In this document: positions 56,801-64,000 of the stretch, piece by piece
Position numbering within the stretch: the stretch's first letter is position 1
How the letters are laid out: every line of letters starts with the position of its first letter
Assembly: GCA_012295275.1 (NCBI GenBank)
Contig: CM022679.1
Span: forward strand, 16,368,001-16,432,000
DNA from: Chrysomallon squamiferum
Lineage: Eukaryota; Animalia; Mollusca
Length of the DNA: 64,000 bases
Direction of reading: 5' to 3'
Notes under the pieces: generated by a model
Told to the model about the DNA's origin: nothing
Seen by the model: only the letters and a program-made list of their open reading frames with translations
Databases searched by the model: none
Made by a program: the position numbers and the translations under genes

Positions 56801-59800
56801 TATAATTCTGTATTTGATCACCTGTTGAAAATAAATATGTGTTGTGTCTCTTTGTAAACTTTCAAAATTACAACCATTCACAATTTTTTTTTTCTTTCTT
56901 TCAAACACTGTTTTTTTATAATAAATTATGAAGGAGCATGGGAAATGTTCTTTTACCCTAAAGCATTTTTGTAATTAAAAACAAAAGTAATTTAAAAAAA
57001 AAAAAAAAAATAATAAAATCCTCCACAAAAAACACAAACCTGTTTGAGTAGAATTTTTGTTAAACTTTTTAATCAAGTAGTTTCTAAATGTAAAAATCAC
57101 TAGCTATATTTTCAGTTTCAAAAGCAATTTTACCTGAAGTATTTGTACAGTTCTGAGTAATCCACTGTTCGTGTGGCTGAGAAAATTCTTGCAGCTCAAA
57201 ATTTGTAAAATTTCTGTGATATAAAACAAAAAATAACATGAAATTTTACCCAATGTGTAATAAATGAACAATGTCATTAAGAAATGAAAATTAAAATCAA
57301 ATGGAACAGATTTTTTAAAAGATAATATCAAAAAGACAAAACAAAACTATGTAAAGAAAGTTTCAAATTATACATGCAATATTTGTGGTAGGCTGTGTAC
57401 TTTTTATTTCTAACTTTGTAAAACAGATACTTCTTTCTATTATTATATTTTAAGAAAGGTAAAAAAAAAATTAAAAATAAATAAACCACCTTGCTAGGAA
57501 ATTAGACAGATGCTTATTCTTTGTAAAGTAATTTGAAAAGTAATTTGAAAAGTATGAAGCAATAAGCTAGATGATAATTAACTTACACTGCGTGTGTGTG
57601 ATTTTTTGAGCAAGTAATATTCCCTTGAGGAACCAGCAAAGGACCTGAAATTAATCAAGCTTAATCTAAAACAGCCTTGTTAAATACACATTACAAAACT
57701 GACTCTACTGACTGTAAATAATTAGTGTCTTTTTGAAATAATCACTAAATGCCATAAAAAATAGATAAATAAAAAGTAGTAGTAATAATAGAATAGAATA
57801 GAATAAAAACTGGAACTGAAAATACATAACATTTATAAAGAGAAGTGTTTTAAAATAACAATGACTAGTAATAAGCATCTTTTAACTAACCTGTCATGCA
57901 TTTTCAAAAAGAAATTACTTCCTAAGACTATACACATCAATGCACGTTATATTTAATACATTTTACACTGACCTGTTACTGAACTTACTTTCAGATTCCT
58001 CCAAATAAAAAATATAGTTAATATAAAATAAAATTAAAAAAAAGAAATATAACAAGAAAGAAATTCCAGAAGAAGCAACTATTATTAAAAGTATTAAACT
58101 AAGTGTATTAGAGCGACTCTTTCTACAAGTTGTACCTGCTAGCCAACATGTTTAAATAAAAATGCATTTTTGCATTGAATTTTATAGAAATTACCAAGGC
58201 AACAAAAAGATTAATTTTTTTTAAAATTAAAGACAATTTAAGGTAAAAGTAAGCATATGTGATGAGAGATTAGATACAAAGTGCAAATAAAACTGTTTAT
58301 GTCTTTTCCTTCACCAAAGCTATTTCTATTAATATCACATTGAGTAAAACAAGATGAATGTTAGAATTAAGTAGCTCACTGAACAATTTAGATGTTAAAC
58401 ATGTATTTATGTATGATTTTTTGTGTTTGTTTTAAGATCACATTTGTATGCTAAATTATGACAGAAGAGGCACTGATAATAATGGCCTCATCTCTCCAGA
58501 TATTATCTAAAATACAGTTCATGAATACACAAGATGAAACTAGCTTCTATATTTTTATAAATATTAATGGAATCATGTTATCATTTCTTAATTTGAAATG
58601 ATTTATCTTTATAAACCTGAGTTATTACCATGAATATGTAACAAATTACCAACACGAAAAACTCAGTTTAAAATGTGTGGCTTCTGCTATGATGCAGGAG
58701 TCAGCAAAAAAAATAACATTTATCATTTCTGCAAATGGGAAATCTTGTAGAACAACGAGAAATGCAGCAATATGAAGAAACATGAAAGGAATTAATATTG
58801 GGAATATTACACAAACATGAAATATTAGCATGAATGAAAGCCAGGGCAGGCTGCCTGTGGAAATAAATGGAAGTAAGGAGGAGAAATACATACCAAAAAT
58901 GAAAGCAAAAGCTGTCAAGATGTTTGTAATAGCAAAAGAAGATGCAGTGCACACTGTTCTCTCACTGGGAGAAAACCAGACAGCAGATAGAGCTGGAGGA
59001 GCAGCCATTGCTACAGGTCCAGCCAAACCATTGAGAAAATGACCAGTGTTAACTAACCTGAAAATTATCCCCTGTATCAATTACTACAAACAGATTTTTC
59101 TTTTTTTAAATAAAATTATATAGTAAACCAGGACAACAAGTACAAAACTTTCATATTTGATGATTTTTTTTATAAAATGCATGTAAACACTTCTCATTTA
59201 TAATACCAAAAGACTGGTTATAAATCCATCTGAGTTCTTTCCAACTTTTACATTTTATTTCTACAGTCCTATGCATAACCAAAAGACATAACAAGATAAA
59301 AAGAATCCCACCAAAACTGAAGTCAAAATAAAACTGATGATGCTGAAACTGTTTTTGAAGACAATTTCACAATAACATTATGTAACAAAATTATATGTAT
59401 TCATTCTCATTAAAAGCTAAGTTTGCTGGCAACAAAACATACAAAAACCACTTATTCAACAAAAAAAGAAGAACATAAATAAGAAGAGAAACAAAATGAA
59501 AATTAAATAAAATTGTACAAAACAATTAACAATAATGGAAGATAAGTAAATGCCTGGAGCTGAATCTTTGTTATCAGCTTCCACTGAACTGAAATGCAAT
59601 CTTTTTACATAAGGTGATTCTTTACTAATTTTTATTTATTTTATTTTTTAAAGTGCCTCTTCTGCCATAATTCTTCAGTTCTGCATTTTGATTTGCAGTC
59701 AGTTACACTATTTTATATATTACTTTTAATGCAAAAACCACTCAATTTTTTTTTATATAAGTAAACCAAATTTTATGCAGCTTTTATCCATTTTTATGAC

Positions 59801-61513
59801 ATTTATTTGGAATTCAGATTATAAATGTATATTGAAAGTGACAGAAACTGGTACCTTACAATTATATTTTTAATTTTTTATAATGTAAACCTTCTACCAC
59901 TACAAAATCAGTGAAACAACGCCTGGTACAAACCTACTATAAAGCCCATTCCAGTTAACAGTATGGTAATTCCAAATGCTGTAGCAGTGCAAGTGGTTCT
60001 CTCATTTGGAGGAAACCAAACAGCAGAAACAGCAGGGGCCCCACCCATAGCTACAGGTCCTGCTGCACCCACTATACACTGCCCAGCATTTACCAACCTG
60101 TAACAAGAACATAGCGACATTAATTACCTTAACATGTATGGAAAACAGTACAAAACATGTGACATTTTGCCAACCACCAAGTAAAACAGATCTTTTGAAA
60201 GACCTATGAGAAATCCCGAACCTATTCCAAACATGTACATAGAGAGAATAATAGCAATGCTTGTTAATCTTTCAGAGGGAGCAAACCACATCATGGACAA
60301 TTTATACATGATGAGAAAGGTACAACTCCACCAAGACCAACCATCATTTGACCAAAGTTTATGCACCTGTGGAACATTGCATATCTGAAGTTAGAATTAA
60401 TGCTTAACATGCAAGACTTTTAATTATGAATAAATAAACTATTACCAGAAAATAATTAAAAACTATTTTCTTTTTATATAATTAAATTAAATTTAATCAG
60501 TCAGATAAAAAAAAAAATAATAAAATAAATACCAACAATCTTAAAACAGAAAGAACATATCATTATAAATTTGAACAAAAAGTTTCAATAGTTATAACTT
60601 GTGAATGTGTATATTAATATATTTGTTTCAGTTTCAAATAATTACTGAGTGAGTAAATGCTGAATTTATGTATTTGTATGTAACAGTTTTTCCACCAGTT
60701 TTTGTTATTATGCTTGTGTATATATGAATATGTATGTGGTTCTACCAGATGTTAATCTTACCATGTGACAGCTGGAACTGATGATGTAATGCAGCGAAGA
60801 CTACAACCCACTGTAATAAGTAACATACTTGACAAACATGCCCAACGTAAACCTTGAAAAAATTAAACAAATATTGTCATACATAAAATAGATATTCATT
60901 AATGATAAGACCAGTATAACATTAAAACATTTTAGATTAAAGATGATTTTATTTTTAATATATGGACATACAATAAATTCATCAATAATTTAATTGTTTT
61001 GATTCATATATTAAATATCAAAAAGATAATTTATATTTAAACAAATGTTCATTATTGTGACCTTTATAAGTTTATTGGAAAATATGTGTGGCAAGATTTT
61101 ATTATTCTTTTTATTGTTATTATTATTATTATTTGTCATCTAATTTGACATGTTTGACATGTTTGGCCTGATTTTTCTCACCTTTTACATCTATCATCCA
61201 AGAGAAAAAAACGGCACTAATCAAGTAGGAGATCGGACCCCAGTTTGTCAGCAATGAAATGTCAGAAGAACCCCAACCATAAACATCGTATGCTGATGTG
61301 GAAATGGGTCCCCAAGTATTCCAGACTCCACCCTGGGTTCCAGCAAACAAGGAATAAACAAGAAGAATGTACCAGCGACGTTTATATACCTTTAATATTA
61401 GTCTCACTTTCAATAATGACGTCTGGAACAATTACCGAGTTTGTTTCAGCAGAATAGTTTGAGTTCGAGTCATCGTGTGTTTCCGTCAGCAGTGGTTCTT
61501 TTTGTTCATCCAT
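53073..61513 (-). CDS. SLC49A4: SLC49A4/DIRC2-like lysosomal MFS transporter (FLVCR/SLC49 family) with three alternative copies of exon 3
   Basis: Exons 61513-61182 (one extra base near 61391), 60852-60762, [60366-60204 | 60097-59934 | 59057-58894], 57644-57587, 57213-57134, 56502-56455, 55973-55844, 54992-54816, 54474-54356, 53803-53621, 53215-53073. Motifs EQKEPLL (dileucine-like), KVYKRRWYIL, QGGVWNTWGPI, LNGLAGPVAMAAPPALSAVWFSPSER, YFPKKPPRPP, PLIFELSCELTYPIGEG, WMNW match DIRC2. Confidence 0.92.
55040..55214 (+). mobile_element. Possible SINE 3' remnant ending in (CATT)n
   Basis: TTGACACCCGATAG...TGCTGGTCTGTTGTTAAACATTCATTCATTCATTC resembles from memory the tail of gastropod SINEs; no RNA pol III boxes or TSD identified. 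Confidence 0.35.
58894..59057 (-). CDS. SLC49A4: SLC49A4 alternative exon 3c (164 nt, most canonical copy)
   Basis: TTTCAG|...|GTATGT; (W)LVNTGHFLNGLAGPVAMAAPPALSAVWFSPSERTVCTASSFAITNILTAFAFIF(G). Confidence 0.9.
59934..60097 (-). CDS. SLC49A4: SLC49A4 alternative exon 3b (164 nt)
   Basis: TTACAG|...|GTTTGT; (W)LVNAGQCIVGAAGPVAMGGAPAVSAVWFPPNERTTCTATAFGITILLTGMGFIV(G); open, same phases as 3c. Confidence 0.88.
60204..60366 (-). CDS. SLC49A4: SLC49A4 alternative exon 3a (163 nt as assembled; 1-nt deletion, possible pseudo-exon)
   Basis: CCACAG|...|GTCTTT; (W)CINFGQMMVGLGGVVPFSSCI-x-LSMMWFAPSERLTSIAIILSMYMFGIGSGFLI(G) with one frameshift near 60300. Confidence 0.7.
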
Positions 61514-62238
61514 GTTGTCACTTAAAGTACGAAAGAATAATTCATATGACAATTGTTACAGTTATAAAATGTTGTAGTTTTACTCGTTTGGAAACTAAAC
61601 GATGTAATAAACCTTTGTCAACAAATGAAATTGTTTCATTTTATAAATGAATTGGTACGTCTTGAACTTGAAGATTACCTGGTTTTTTTGTCAGGATTCG
61701 ATGGTCAATCAACAATTTTTCTTTGCTTCAGTTTAGCGGAGCTATATAATGATTAAATATCACAATGCAAAATCCAAACAGTAATAGTTATAACCTTGTG
61801 TATAACTGGCATGTTGCTGCATCGCATAGTTAAAATAGAACTGACCATCTCCTGCTGTCACGAGGAATATTTGTCTCGATTTCCTTATTTGTTATAGGTA
61901 GGAAAAAAGCTTGACCTCCCTTTGGAGGCATCAAAGTATTATATAAAATCATTTTTTTTCCCTTCTAATATACCTTTTTTGAAACAGGAACGATCGAATA
62001 TCTTTCCTTTTGTTCGTTTGTTGTTGTTTACAAACGAAATAAACTTTACATTGAGATAGTTTAGAGTTATCGCTCTTTCGTCTAATTCTCTAGAGCGGGA
62101 TTTTTAAATATTTTTAGAAGACGAATGAAAATGTGTGAACATGCATTTCGTAGTTTCCATTTTCTACGAAACATATCAAATGAAATACGTACAACTCCAT
62201 TTTGTTGATTGTTAATAAATTAGTAAGACAACAAACGA

Positions 62239-62273
<35 letters not shown>

Positions 62274-64000
62274 AAGACCAAGAGTTCTTTGCATCAGAAT
62301 TTGTTCTTTAAAGTTGTAGAATTTATGAATCTACTGTCAGTTTTAGGAGACAGATTTTGCAGAACCCCCAACCCTCTAAAAAACAAGAACTACCAAACAA
62401 ACACATGAACAGAACACGTATTTTAAATATCATAACAATAATATCTCCATTTGTCATGGAAAACTTTCAGTGAGACTCGGTCAAGTACAGTTGAACATGC
62501 CTAATGCTGGTCTTCCAAGATTTAAAGCACGATATATTGACAGAACTGTTTAAAGAAACAACTTGTGGGGTTCTGCAAGGTTATATTTGACAAAATTTCA
62601 ACCCTAATAGAGATTCAAATTTGGGGATGTAGAAGATTACTGTTCTTAGATGGTCATTTATCTTCACCAGGAAAGATAGTGGAAGACCATATTTGTCAAA
62701 TTTGGTAAGACAAATATAGCTAAGAAAATGCTGTGGACCATGGCAAAGTGGAGAAACCATTAAATCATTAAACAGAAATGTAACTTAATGCATAGAATAC
62801 TTGGGAAACAATGAAATGTACAGTAATATCAAAAATTACATTTTAAAATTTGCTTTGGGTTTGATAACATAACTCTATCACAAAGGGATATTTTAAGATT
62901 TAGTATTTCTTGTAAGTAGATAATATGAGAATGTCAAAATAAAAGATTCATACCTTCATAACACTGGATTGCTTTATTTTTTATAAGCAAGATTTGAATT
63001 TAATATTGTTGTCTGGGAGGTTTTACTGTTGTAATTTTTATTTATGAATGAAATTTTATATTATTACAACAAACATTTTTCGTATTAAAATAGTTTTACA
63101 TCTTTATTTTCAAGATACAACTAAGTATGTTTAATAAATTTAAATGAAACAATATACACAATACAGTCATGTAAATTAAAATATGAATAATAGTAATAAA
63201 AAATAGTAATAAATAATAATCATTTAAGTAAATAGAAAAACATCCATTTCAATTAACAAAATACAATCATAATTATGTAATTAAAATCATTCAATAATTT
63301 ACAAAATGATTTATATGATTCAGTTTCAATCCACTATTTTACAAATAATTTTACATAAAAAATACAAAGAAAAGTCTATATTGCCTGTTTGTATGAAATG
63401 GTCAAAATATCAAAGGAACAGGCATATTTTAGTAACTTCTTGTTTAAACAACTTTTCACTGTTTTTGTTGTTTACTGTCAGTGCTATTTTGATGCACATT
63501 TTTCAATACAAATACATTTTACAGCTGATAAAAATATATCAAAATGTTATAAAATAAATTAAGAATATGAACAATAAAATTATAAATGTATTTACAGTGA
63601 ATCGTAGTATCATAATCAAAGTCACACAATAGAAGAATTAGTTTTTGGCTTTAATTTAAAAATCTTTAATATGTCTACAGCAAAAACTTTAACTTAGTAT
63701 TTAATTCACCAAATTACAAAATTTGCACAGGTATGTTAATTTATGGCTGTAGTGTTTTTTTATTTTTTTTATTTCACGATAAAAATACATCGGGTAAAAC
63801 GTAAAAGTACAGTATTTCTACGATTTGAAAACCCAAATGGTTTGCATGTGCAAAAACAACAAAATCCTAATTCATCAGACACATTCATTTTACACCATCA
63901 GAAATCATTTGAAGATTTTCTATTCATAAATATCTTAAATAAATAAAAACTATAAACAAAATTAACTAAACTCATTATATGCTCCTAACAAAAATGTACA

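Noticed and set aside
58646-58893. Hydrophobic read-through of the ORF past exon 3c, with a CCACAG acceptor-like site near 58855
   Set aside because: A good donor (GTATGT) closes 3c at 58894; the downstream text has no similarity to the cassette exons and T-rich intron translates as hydrophobic by default.
53073-61513. Three tandem SLC49A4 paralogous genes as explanation for the repeated WF.P.ER motif
   Set aside because: Only exon 3 is repeated; all other exons are single copy.
62357-62578. 12-bp inverted repeat TTGCAGAACCCC / GGGGTTCTGCAA
   Set aside because: Possibly a MITE remnant, but no TSD or defined ends; insufficient support.
1-64000. CRISPR arrays, operons, tRNA/rRNA or intronic snoRNA genes
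   Set aside because: Sequence is spliced eukaryotic DNA; no repeat-spacer array, cloverleaf, rRNA or convincing C/D or H/ACA structure seen by eye (Infernal/tRNAscan would be decisive).

Overview
AT-rich, intron-dense eukaryotic (animal, probably molluscan; inferred) genomic DNA, not prokaryotic. Five spliced genes can be rebuilt by hand from GT-AG boundaries and phase continuity: the 5' part of a TPR gene resembling ZC3H7 (minus, runs off the left edge), head-to-head with a complete 12-exon SRP68 (+); a ~25-exon lysine/glutamate-rich gene I cannot assign (+), carrying a recent in-frame triplication of an exon pair and with a decayed inverted paralog upstream; USP36/42 (minus, 17 coding exons); and SLC49A4/DIRC2, an MFS transporter (minus). 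The most interesting feature is in SLC49A4: exon 3, encoding predicted TM4-TM5, is present as three tandem, strongly diverged, same-phase 163-164 nt copies, the signature of a mutually exclusive exon cassette that could swap pore-lining helices. Also present: a decayed DDE transposase, a 1.6-kb TIR/TSD-bounded element in SRP68 intron 1, a small hAT-like MITE and microsatellites. Three single-base frameshifts in or near short homopolymers may be assembly errors. All alignments were done by eye; no searches were run.
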